Of a stretch of DNA of 64,000 nt, positions 53,203 to 62,649 are shown piece by piece. Within the stretch, counting starts at the first letter, position 1. Each line of letters begins with the position of its first letter. The notes under the pieces are model-generated. The model was not told the origin of the DNA, did no database searches, and was given only the letters and a program-made list of their open reading frames with translations. Made by a program: the position numbers and the translations under genes. Origin of the DNA: a virus; the IMG/VR virus record IMGVR_UViG_3300027749_000070, positions 27,247 to 91,246 of that record; one strand, given 5' to 3'.

Positions 53203-54495
53203 ATGGCTCTTAATATTTTTACAGGCTCAACAACAGCTAACTGGGGTTCAACATCATCTTGGACTCTTAATAGAATACCTACATCAACAGATTTAGATAC
53301 AGCTTACTTTGGTCCTATAAGTCCAACCTGTTCGGTGAATGTAGTTGGTGCGCCTTGTTACAATTTTGATTGCTCAACTTATATAAGACAGATACAGATG
53401 GCACAAAATTTAAGTATTTATGGTACATATTCTAACTTTGGTAATAGTGCTTCTATTAGATTTAGTGCTTCGTCTGGCCCAGGCTCAACTATAACCTATT
53501 TTAATGCAACTTGTAGTATAACATCAAATAATTATGTATTTAAGAGAGAAATGTTTACTACATTAGGACAACAAGGTATTATATTCTTTTCAGCACCAGG
53601 TAGTGGTGCTATCATTACACTTTTAGATCAATTTGAGGCAACAGCAGTACAAATTTCACCAAATTCTGGTGTACCTACATTAACTCTTAATGGTGCTACT
53701 TTCTCTGTTAGAGAAAGTTTCACAGTTGCAAATAATGTCACTCTTAAAGGAAGTAATATACAAATAAAAGCAACTGCTTCAACAACAACAACCACTTTTA
53801 CAACGAACATTACACCGATGAGTAATAACATTTATATTAACACACCTGGTAGTGTAACCATAGCAACACTTTATATATTACCTCTTAATAATACGACACA
53901 AACCTTAAAATGGATTAGTGGTACAGTAAATAATGGTGGTAGTTTAGTAGTAGTAGCAAATAGTGGAACATTAAACTTGGATTGGTCGCCAACTCACACT
54001 TGGGCTACATTTCAATTAAACTCTGTTGCTACAACTGGTTTAACATCAAGTATTGTTACAACACAACCAATAAATGCTACTATTCTTACATTAGCACAAT
54101 CAGGAGCCGGTGGTTCATATAATAATTATATAACAGGTGGATTTACTTGTAGTATATTTAACTATACAAGAAGTATAGCAAGTGATTCAAGTATATTATG
54201 GATAAGTCCAACATATAGTCATTATATAAATGGCACATATAATTCTTATGTAACTTCAACAGCAACAAATACTTTTAATAGAATAAATAGTATAGTACCA
54301 GGTACAAGAGCTCCACTTATAGTAAGTTATAATACTAATCAATTTTTATGGAATTGTTACTTTACAGATATAGATGCATCAAATGGGTCAACCATATTAC
54401 CATATTTAGTAACAGCAACTTTAAGTAATACATTAAATATATTGGATCTTAAAAAGAATACAATAATAAACTCAAATCAATTTTATACTAACTAA
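53203..54495 (+). CDS. Beta-rich fibre / receptor-binding protein, paralog 1
   Basis: T/S/N/G-rich; N- and C-termini shared with the next gene. Confidence 0.7.
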   Translation: MALNIFTGSTTANWGSTSSWTLNRIPTSTDLDTAYFGPISPTCSVNVVGAPCYNFDCSTYIRQIQMAQNLSIYGTYSNFGNSASIRFSASSGPGSTITYFNATCSITSNNYVFKREMFTTLGQQGIIFFSAPGSGAIITLLDQFEATAVQISPNSGVPTLTLNGATFSVRESFTVANNVTLKGSNIQIKATASTTTTTFTTNITPMSNNIYINTPGSVTIATLYILPLNNTTQTLKWISGTVNNGGSLVVVANSGTLNLDWSPTHTWATFQLNSVATTGLTSSIVTTQPINATILTLAQSGAGGSYNNYITGGFTCSIFNYTRSIASDSSILWISPTYSHYINGTYNSYVTSTATNTFNRINSIVPGTRAPLIVSYNTNQFLWNCYFTDIDASNGSTILPYLVTATLSNTLNILDLKKNTIINSNQFYTN

Positions 54496-56141
54496 TGGCA
54501 GTTTTAACATTCACAGGCTCAACACCAGGAACTTTTAGTGTAGCAGCAAACTGGACACCAGCTCAAGTACCAACAAATGCCGATATATGCATATTTACTT
54601 CATCAAGTCCAACTTGTTCTCTAACATCAATTGGAACTTGTAGTCAAGTTGATTTTACAGCTTATAATAAAAGAATTAATTTTGGGGTTAATGCAATTGG
54701 CGTTTATGGTAACATTACATTAGGAACACAAATGTCTTTTTCATTCTCAACAACTGCTGCTTATAATGGATATAATTTTATTATGGCAGCTACTGGTTCA
54801 ATTACTACAAATGGTATGACAATGGGTGTTCCTTTTGGTTTATATAATCCTGCTGGTTCAAATAACACTTATACCTTAAATAGTAATATGGTATGTGCTG
54901 AAAACTTTTCAACAGGTGCCGCTGCTGGTGCCTTAACTCATACTATAAATGGATTTACTATATCTTGCTATAAAAATGTAAGTATAAATATAGGTTCAGG
55001 CGCTTCTTCGACATCTACAACAGGTACTACAAATATACTAATACTTGGTACAAATCCAACAATCTTATTAACTAATGGTACTACAAATGGCTTTACAAAT
55101 AACATTACTATTAACGCAATAGGTTCAGTTACGATGCCTGTTAACTTTTATTACAAAACAGGAACATTTAAGTATATATCAGGTACATTTAGCGCATTTA
55201 ATATAGCACAAACAGGTTCATATACATTAGATTTAAGTGGTAGTTCATCAGCAAATAGATTACCTATAACTATTGATAATAATGGATTAGCAGCCGCTAC
55301 AATAACGATGTTAAGTGATTGCCATATAACAGGTGGATTAAGCTCAGTTAGTAGAAACTTGGTATTAAATGGTGGTGATATATATCTTTATGGTACTGCT
55401 GTTTTAGTACCACAAGGTAGTGCTATTTATAGCGGTACAACAACTATTAGATTAGTAGGCACACACAACTTAAGTATGAGTGGTACTCTTGCTTGTAATA
55501 TATCTATACAAACAGCAGGAACTATTAACTGGAATCAAGTTCAGTGGTACGCTCAATCAGGTGGTGCCTCATTTGTATATACATCAGGAACTATGGTATA
55601 TAGTGGAGCAAACTTTCAAATAGGAAATAGTTCTAACCAACATACATTTTATACATCAGGTATTACTTTTAATAATGTATCAGTATATACCGGCGCACCA
55701 GTTAATATAAACCTTCAACAACAACTAAACGCCACTACATTAACAGTAGTATCAACAAATACTTATATAAGTATGACTGGTTCATTTGGATTTGTAGTAG
55801 ATACATTTTCGCCAGCCGTATATAATACTTCAAGAATAGGTTTATCCTTGCAGCCAGGTTTAACATATAAAGTTAATAAAAACTTTGTATATAATCCAGC
55901 AGTATTCTTAACAACTATTTATGGTATTAAATCGCAATTAGCAGGTAGCCAATCAAAGTTTATATTAGCATTTGGTGCATCACAATCATTGCATTCAATA
56001 GTAACAGATGATATAGATTCATCTGATGGACAACCGATATGGATTTGGAACTATAATGGCATAACAGCTAGTACAAATACATTAAACTGGAATAACTTAC
56101 AACCTAGTTCAGTTCAGTTCTCAGCTATAAATGTAAGTTAA
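54495..56141 (+). CDS. Beta-rich fibre / receptor-binding protein, paralog 2
   Basis: FTGST...W....P...D..F...SPTCS and DID.S.G..I...NTLN shared with paralog 1. Confidence 0.7.
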   Translation: MAVLTFTGSTPGTFSVAANWTPAQVPTNADICIFTSSSPTCSLTSIGTCSQVDFTAYNKRINFGVNAIGVYGNITLGTQMSFSFSTTAAYNGYNFIMAATGSITTNGMTMGVPFGLYNPAGSNNTYTLNSNMVCAENFSTGAAAGALTHTINGFTISCYKNVSINIGSGASSTSTTGTTNILILGTNPTILLTNGTTNGFTNNITINAIGSVTMPVNFYYKTGTFKYISGTFSAFNIAQTGSYTLDLSGSSSANRLPITIDNNGLAAATITMLSDCHITGGLSSVSRNLVLNGGDIYLYGTAVLVPQGSAIYSGTTTIRLVGTHNLSMSGTLACNISIQTAGTINWNQVQWYAQSGGASFVYTSGTMVYSGANFQIGNSSNQHTFYTSGITFNNVSVYTGAPVNINLQQQLNATTLTVVSTNTYISMTGSFGFVVDTFSPAVYNTSRIGLSLQPGLTYKVNKNFVYNPAVFLTTIYGIKSQLAGSQSKFILAFGASQSLHSIVTDDIDSSDGQPIWIWNYNGITASTNTLNWNNLQPSSVQFSAINVS

Positions 56142-56196
56142 AAAATTTCGCCGAAATACTTAAGAAAATTTTTCCAATATTTATTAAAAAATCCAT

Positions 56197-56466
56197 CTAC
56201 CTCTCAAATATACTTAAACTAGGATGATCCATAAAAAAATTAAACATATTATCAACATATTTTAACTCACTATTCCAATCCCCCAATAACATAAAATTAT
56301 TATTAATCTGACCAATAGATAAATATCCTACTATGTCAAATACAAAATTTAATATACTATACATCCTAATACCTTCCCTATCATAATAACTTAATAAATC
56401 ATACGAATAAAAATCACCTAACTTATAATTACGAAACGAACTCGAACAAACTAAATTATATACCAT
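56197..56466 (-). CDS. Hypothetical protein
   Basis: 89-aa ORF with a strongly G/T-rich coding strand. Confidence 0.5.
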   Translation of the reverse strand: MVYNLVCSSSFRNYKLGDFYSYDLLSYYDREGIRMYSILNFVFDIVGYLSIGQINNNFMLLGDWNSELKYVDNMFNFFMDHPSLSIFER

Positions 56467-56521
56467 GCTAATTAAAATTATAATGTAAAATTATAAAAAA
56501 AAATCGTAATAAACAAATATT

Positions 56522-56649
56522 ATTTTAATCAATAAAAAATCCACTATATAGATTTATAGGTATTTTATACAGGATTTTATTTTTATTTGTCAAATAATTT
56601 TAATCAATAAAAAATCCACTATATAGATTTATAGGTATTTTATACAGGA
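56522..56649 (+). repeat. 53-bp direct repeat x2 (75-bp period)
   Basis: ATTTTAATCAATAAAAAATCCACTATATAGATTTATAGGTATTTTATACAGGA at 56522 and 56597; extra TCCAC partials at 56691-56709. Confidence 0.95.
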
Positions 56650-57716
56650 ATTTTTATTGGATTTATTCTAAAATTTTTTCACAAATTTCTTCCACTATAA
56701 AAAATCCACCTTTTATTAGAATATATCTAATATATAAATTAATTTGGATTTTTTTTCTAATTTTTTACTATTTTTAATAAAATTAAAATCTAGCTCGCTC
56801 CCAAAGCGAGCATTACCAACAATCTTGTAGAACGATAAATAATCCTTCAATAAGAAGTTTTGTGAGTTAAAAATTAGAAAATTTAAAAAAATATAAACCT
56901 GGAAAGCCTAAAAGGGCCTAAACGGGTCTTTTTAGGCATAGTTCATATATACTCTATATTACATATGTTACATATACCGCAAAATCGTCATATGTAACAT
57001 ATATGCGATCTCACATATGTGTCACGTTATACATATACAAGACCATATATATGTATCGCGCCTATATGTTAATTAACATTTGTAACATATAGGCGTGGCA
57101 CGTATATGTTAATAGCTAGTTATCTATGTGTTAATTCGTTTACATAATCAGCAATGTTTCTACGCAGATCTGCGATCATATATAGACATGTGTATATATG
57201 TTCGCAACATATCAATATGTCTATATATGTTTATGCTCAGAAGCGATCATCCATTTATATTTGTTGCTGAAAATGTTAGACTATTAACAACTGATTAACG
57301 ATTGCTTAACATATTCGCTGTTTATATAATGTTAATAGAATGTTAAAGTTTTTATGGATTACATCACCTCTAGAGATTTGTTGTTGAATATGTTAGTTGA
57401 TTAACGAGTGATTAACATGTATGTTAAAATGTTTATATGTTAATGTTATAATATGTTAAAGCGAAACATATCGAAGATATGTATATAACTTTTACATATG
57501 TGTTTATGGAAGCCCATCGCCGGGCATAATTTATTGTTGAAAATGTGAGTTGATTAACAAATAGAGAAATTACAAATACATAGTTGCACTATGTTAATGA
57601 AACAACATTTTCAGCAATTAAATTTCTGGAGTGCGATTATGAATATATTATATTTATTTATATATGTTAAGAAAAAATAAAACACACATTTTTTATATGT
57701 GTGTTTTATTATATGT

Positions 57717-57923
57717 TTACATTAATTCAAGTGAGTTCATATCAAAAGTTTCTTTATATACTACTTTTTTTGATATTTCGTTATTTTCAATTTGTATTAA
57801 CTCTTCAATTAATTCGTCTTCTTCAATTTCAGCTTTAATTTTTGCTTTTGCTGTTTTGACTTTTCTCAGTAGCTTTTGTACACGTCTTATTTCACTCATA
57901 GTGAAATCTGTATTTTGCGTCAT
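57717..57923 (-). CDS. Small cassette protein (basic then acidic helix)
   Basis: Own TATCTTTG element (57954-57961) and downstream hairpin (~57676-57710). Confidence 0.7.
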   Translation of the reverse strand: MTQNTDFTMSEIRRVQKLLRKVKTAKAKIKAEIEEDELIEELIQIENNEISKKVVYKETFDMNSLELM

Positions 57924-58179
57924 AAGTTTTCGATTGCTGTTTTGTCAGCAATACAAAGATACGCAAAATACTTTTACAAAAGTAACACAAAAAGTCGGCA
58001 TTGGGAAACTTTTTGTGTTAAAGTTATGTTAAAGCTTTATATTAAATGTGTTATTATTTGTTAATGCTCAAGCATTTTCAGCAATAAATTTATGCGCAGC
58101 TACTGTGCTGAGTTGATACAATTTAAAAACTATTTTTAAAATTGTTTGTTTTATTTCGAAAGTTTGTGTATCTTTGAAT

Positions 58180-58214
58180 ATCGAAGTAAAAAAGTGGTCG
58201 CTTGCGCTTTATTT
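58180..58214 (+). ncRNA. Putative tiny hairpin RNA, copy 1
   Basis: TTTG-N20-TATCTTTG promoter followed by AAAGTG-GTCGCTTG-CGCTTT; no ORF. Confidence 0.4.
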
Positions 58215-58743
58215 AAATGTTAATAAAGTGTTAAAAACGGATGGAAGCCCATCTGGTTTAAAATTTGTTGTTGAAAATGTAGTGTCATTAACATATAAGT
58301 AATACCTTTAATATGTTAATTGCTCGTTAATCGAGTAGCAATTTCAACAATAAATTTAAACGCCTCTGCGCCTGGTGAAAACATATATGAAAAAGTTATA
58401 TATGAAAAAAATGTAATATGATGGTGGTTCATCCACCAAAAAAATTTGTTGCTGAAAATGCGAGTTGATTAACGAGTGATTAACATATTATAAAAAAAGC
58501 AATATCATTTTGGTGGACCTGCAGGTGTAAAATTTATTGCTGAAAATGTTGTTTCATTAACAAATTAGAAAATATACATATATAAGTTACACAAATGTGT
58601 GTAATTGTGTGGATAACTTTATTTGTTGCTGTTGCAAGTATTTCGTAAATTACAGCATTGACTTTAACATTTCTTTAAAAACATAATGTTAAAAGTGAGA
58701 TATGTAGATTGCACTACATATATGATAAGTTATGTTTATATGT

Positions 58744-58783
58744 GATAGCAATATGTAACATAATTATGTTACATATTGCTATC
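58744..58783. terminator. Perfect 40-bp palindrome after the Zn-finger ORF
   Basis: GATAGCAATATGTAACATAA|TTATGTTACATATTGCTATC. Confidence 0.75.
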
Positions 58784-58794
58784 TTACAAATTTG

Positions 58795-58995
58795 TCATTT
58801 TAAATCGTCAGGTAGTCCGATACCTTCAAAGTTGTAGTTCTTGTTTTTGATTGCTTCGATGTCAGCTTGTTCAGCTTCTTTATACTTCGTGTGTTGTTTT
58901 TCTGTGTCTTTGCACGTCATACAAATCATTTGAGTATTGAACATTGACATTGTAGTAATGTTTGTTTGTGTGTTGCATCTGTTGCAATTTTGCAT
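58795..58995 (-). CDS. Small CxxC-CxxC zinc-finger protein
   Basis: CNRC...MSMFNTQMICMTC; promoter TTTG-N20-TAACTTTG (59025-59056). Confidence 0.8.
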   Translation of the reverse strand: MQNCNRCNTQTNITTMSMFNTQMICMTCKDTEKQHTKYKEAEQADIEAIKNKNYNFEGIGLPDDLK

Positions 58996-59380
58996 AAGTA
59001 TAAGTAACTGTTTTATCAGTAGAGCAAAGTTACGAATGAGTTAATTACAAAACAAATAGATGTTGTTAAAGTTATGTTAATAGTAGGTGTTTTTTGTTTG
59101 TTAATGACATTGCATTTTCAGCAACAAATTTTTTGAATCTGTGATTCAATTTATATTATAATTTTTTATATATGAGTGTGTAAAATAATACATATTGAAA
59201 AGTTACAAAGTGTAATTTAACAATATGTATTATTTTTTATATTAAACTAATTGTTGTTCTATTGCGTATTTAATATGATGGAAGCGCAGTAGGATGAGAA
59301 TTTATTGTTGAAAATGCTGTTGCATTAACAAATAACTAATAAAATAAAGCATTATATGTTTCATATAATGCTTTATTTTA

Positions 59381-59689
59381 TTAGTTGGTTTCTTTAATAT
59401 TTTCGATAGACCAGCCGTATTTTTCTTTATACCAATTGTGGTAATTTTGCATACGTGTTTGTAGTATTGCGATTGCTTCACGTAAGCGGGCTGCGCCAGC
59501 ACGATTACAAACTAATAGCGTATCATTAAAGCCGCTGTATGCTTCAAATGATTCCATTGAAAGTCCGTCACCTTTGGTTCGTTCAACTGGGTGTGAACTA
59601 AGGCGGTAGCCTGTGCCTTTGTGGTATATTACGGAGAATTTAATTTCTTTCCCGTTTTCTAATGTAAAATATTGTTTGTGTAGTGTCAT
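59381..59689 (-). CDS. Hypothetical cassette protein
   Basis: Promoter element 59704-59711; terminator hairpin ~59338-59382. Confidence 0.75.
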   Translation of the reverse strand: MTLHKQYFTLENGKEIKFSVIYHKGTGYRLSSHPVERTKGDGLSMESFEAYSGFNDTLLVCNRAGAARLREAIAILQTRMQNYHNWYKEKYGWSIENIKETN

Positions 59690-60075
59690 GTCGTTCTTTT
59701 TTACAAAGATACGACTATCTTAATTAATAGCGTAAGTGGCGGATGTTAAAGTTTTGTTAAGGAACATATGTATATAATTATAATATGTTTTGTATGTGTT
59801 CTCTCTGGAGGGTGATCACCTGTAGAAATTTATTGTTGAAAATGTGGTTGCATTAACATATGGTAAAAGTTTAATATTTGTTAATCGACTTACATTTTCA
59901 GCAATAAATTTAATCCACCCAGCTCCAAAAATATATATGAAAAAATGTAATATGAATAGATATAAAAAAGCCCCATATAAAACATATGGGGCTTTGCTCG
60001 ATATGAGCATACAAGTTCACTACACTTGTATTCAACTATGACACATATGATAACATTACCATATGTGTCATATAG

Positions 60076-60924
60076 TTATTTTAGTACTGGGTACTGTTCA
60101 GTTGTTGGTTGATATGTTAAAGTTTTTAATTTCTTATCACGAAACATATTCCAACTTTTTACAAATAGTGCATAGCGATTAGATGCGATGACGGTCTTTA
60201 TATGTTTAGTTTCTTTATTCTTTACTAAGTAGTTACGAAACTGTAATACAGGGTCTTTCTCAGAAGTGAAGCCTAAGCCCGATGTAAGTGCATTAAAATA
60301 GCGTGATGCATCAGCCTCGTGTATGTCTGATGTTATTGCATACCAAGCACCAAGCAAAGACGGGTCAAGAAATCCACCGAATGACTTATGCGACTTATTA
60401 ACAAATTCTATAACATGCATCCAATAGTCGGGTCGTTTCTTATATTCAGCTAATAAATCATCCATGCTGAACATGCGATAATTGTCTGAGCTGTCTGTGC
60501 CTGCTTGTCTTTTACCAGATAGTTTTTTTCCTGATAAGAATTTTTGTATAATAGCAGCACATATTTTAGAGTTTTCAATTCCAGACATTTTGAATATGTC
60601 GCCAGGTGTTCTCTTTGTGCCTCTATCAATTATCTTGAAGTTCTCAGCGGGTACATTCTCAGCGATAGTCATACATACGGACTTTCCTGATATTATGACT
60701 GCTTGTAATCTGTGTTGTCCGTCTAACAGATTGTTTTTTTCATCAAATGATATTGGGATTGGGCTTGACTGACTGAATTCACCTCTTGTCATCAACTGCG
60801 CATAATTTTTCGCAATATTATCTTTGAAATCTCTGTTATTAGGATTTCTTTGCAACCATTCTGCTGCAAGTTCGGGAGTTACAAGTACTTGTTTGTACTT
60901 GTTCTGATGCATTTGATTTGTCAT
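60076..60924 (-). CDS. ParB/Srx-like N-terminal (DGQHR) domain protein
   Basis: VTPELAAEWL..N.NNR...Y...M..GEF...PISF...LLDGQHRLQA...IDRG..R. Confidence 0.8.
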   Translation of the reverse strand: MTNQMHQNKYKQVLVTPELAAEWLQRNPNNRDFKDNIAKNYAQLMTRGEFSQSSPIPISFDEKNNLLDGQHRLQAVIISGKSVCMTIAENVPAENFKIIDRGTKRTPGDIFKMSGIENSKICAAIIQKFLSGKKLSGKRQAGTDSSDNYRMFSMDDLLAEYKKRPDYWMHVIEFVNKSHKSFGGFLDPSLLGAWYAITSDIHEADASRYFNALTSGLGFTSEKDPVLQFRNYLVKNKETKHIKTVIASNRYALFVKSWNMFRDKKLKTLTYQPTTEQYPVLK

Positions 60925-61238
60925 AATTGAATTGTTTTATTTAGTGAGATACAAAGATAAGGACTATTATTTAAAAAGTGCTTTTTATTTAGTTAAAGTA
61001 ATGTTAAAGCTTTTCGCAGCGTAAGGATTTAAATATGTATTCTACATTAATGTAGGAAACATATTTAAATTATGTATAATTAATAATTTTATATAATAAA
61101 AACTCGAAAAAATTTGGGTTTTTTGGAGAAATGGTGTATAATTAATTGCTGAAAATGTAGTTGCATTAACAATTAGTTTTTAACATAATTTTAACAAAAT
61201 AAATTAGGTTAATAATTATAAATGTTGTACTTTTACAA

Positions 61239-61271
61239 TAGAAAAGAAAGGGCGGACGCTTGCGCTTTTTT
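61239..61271 (+). ncRNA. Putative tiny hairpin RNA, copy 2
   Basis: TACTTTTA (61228) then AAAGGGCG-GACGCTTG-CGCTTTTTT. Confidence 0.4.
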
Positions 61272-61300
61272 AAAATGTTAATAGAATGTTAAGGTGGAGA

Positions 61301-61585
61301 AAAGCTCCATCGCCGGATAAAATTTATTGCTGAAAATGTAGTTGCATTAACATATTAAAGTATTTTATATATGTTATTGGAAGCTCATCGCCGGATAAAA
61401 TTTATTGTTGAAAATGTAGTTGCATTAACATATTAAAGTATTTTAAATAGGTTGGTAGAAGCCCATCGCCGGATAAAATTTATTGCTGAAAATGTAGTCG
61501 CATTAACATATTAAAGTATTTTATATATGTTATTGGAAGCTCATCGCCGATAAAATTTATTGTTGAAAATGCAATGTTATTAACA
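61301..61585 (+). repeat. Tandem 78-bp repeat x4 (156-bp higher-order dimer) containing the 33-bp motif
   Basis: AAGCYCATCGCCGGATA-motif-TATTAAAGTATTTT; units alternate GCTGA/GTTGA. Confidence 0.95.
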
Positions 61586-61824
61586 AATGCTTTTTGTTAA
61601 CAATTGTTTAACATATTAATGGATATAATATATGGTTTGTGGGTAAGTATTTTTGAATAGCTATTAGCAATAGCTTACTTTTATTATCTTATGCTTATAG
61701 TGTTAAAAAGCGTTACATATTTAAAAGATAAGCTATATGTAACGTTTAGAGGTAACATTTTTGTTATATATTATTTGGTTACCTAATTATGTTACATTTT
61801 TGTGTAACATAATTAGGTTGTTTT

Positions 61825-62162
61825 AACCAAAAAACACAACTATGAAATGTGTGGTGGAAAATTACTATTTAAAGTAGTTAAATATATCTGGGAATATATA
61901 TAACATTTTCCGTGTCAAACTACATCCCATCCGTTGGGTAGTTTAGCCCCGTTGTTTTTTTAATTAGTGGGGCTAAAGGAATTGAACCTTTTTGAAGGGT
62001 TTGCTGTATGTAGTTTTGTCAGGTCAACTTATAGTCTTTATGCGGGTTAAAATGTTAATGAGTTGTTGTCCCGCATCCGCTATCCAAAGACGGTTATTAC
62101 AATTTACAATTTGTTTTTTTAAGTTGTTTGTAGTTTGCTGCTTTTGACCTTATTGATTATTG
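61825..62162 (-). ncRNA. Putative structured non-coding RNA with tRNA-like elements
   Basis: Promoter TTTG-N19-TATATTTG (62198-62168); no ORF; at least 7 helices; T-loop-like GGTTCAATTCC; 3' acceptor-like stem ending ACCA. Confidence 0.55.
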
Positions 62163-62283
62163 TATTGCAAATATACGACAAAGTTTTGAAACTACAAAAT
62201 AGTTTTTCACATAATTATTATTACAAAGTGAAAAACTACAAAATTAAATTTGGCTGAGTAAATTATTTGCATTATCTTTGTGT

Positions 62284-62562
62284 ATGGCTATACACTTATT
62301 CAATGCTGTTAAGGACTCGCTTCCATGGGAAGCTTTGCCTGAAACATTACAAAAAGTTATCATAGATACTTTTCGTATCGAACCGAAATATGCTGTGCAT
62401 AAAATACAGAAATGGGGTGAAAGCGGCTGGCTACTTCATTTCGGTGTTATGGGTAGTTTTTCTATTGATGCTAATCATTTTAGTATAATGGAAAAATATA
62501 ATATGGGTATTCAAGTGCCCGGCAATCAAACGTATTTGTGGAATTTATCTATAAGTGAATAA
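62284..62562 (+). CDS. Hypothetical cassette protein (near-leaderless)
   Basis: TTTG(62249)-N20-TATCTTTG(62273), ATG 3 bp later. Confidence 0.7.
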   Translation: MAIHLFNAVKDSLPWEALPETLQKVIIDTFRIEPKYAVHKIQKWGESGWLLHFGVMGSFSIDANHFSIMEKYNMGIQVPGNQTYLWNLSISE

Positions 62563-62616
62563 CAAATAATTAACGTAAAGATTTGGCATTTCTACGGAAA
62601 TGTCGTATCTTTACAC

Positions 62617-62649
62617 TATAAAGAAAGGACGGTTGCTTGCGCTTTTTTT
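62617..62649 (+). ncRNA. Putative tiny hairpin RNA, copy 3
   Basis: TTTG-N20-TATCTTTA then AAAGGACG-GTTGCTTG-CGCTTTTTTT. Confidence 0.4.

Noticed and set aside
1656-53831. Short antisense ORFs inside long genes (e.g. 1656, 2068, 4830, 5188, 7127, 8459, 14279, 24058, 44084, 44230, 51801)
   Set aside because: Reverse-frame shadows of acidic or biased coding sequence with no independent signals.
58007-58034. dif / Xer site (TTATGTTAAA matches the XerD arm)
   Set aside because: No XerC-like arm 6 bp away; better explained by the TTAACA-N5-TTAACA box.
58608-58616. Perfect DnaA box TGTGGATAA
   Set aside because: Single copy; roughly one is expected by chance in a window of this size and composition.
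61944-61995. Canonical tRNA or standard tmRNA gene
   Set aside because: No upstream acceptor strand, D-arm or anticodon arm in normal order, no G3:U70, no tag ORF; reported as a tRNA-like ncRNA instead.
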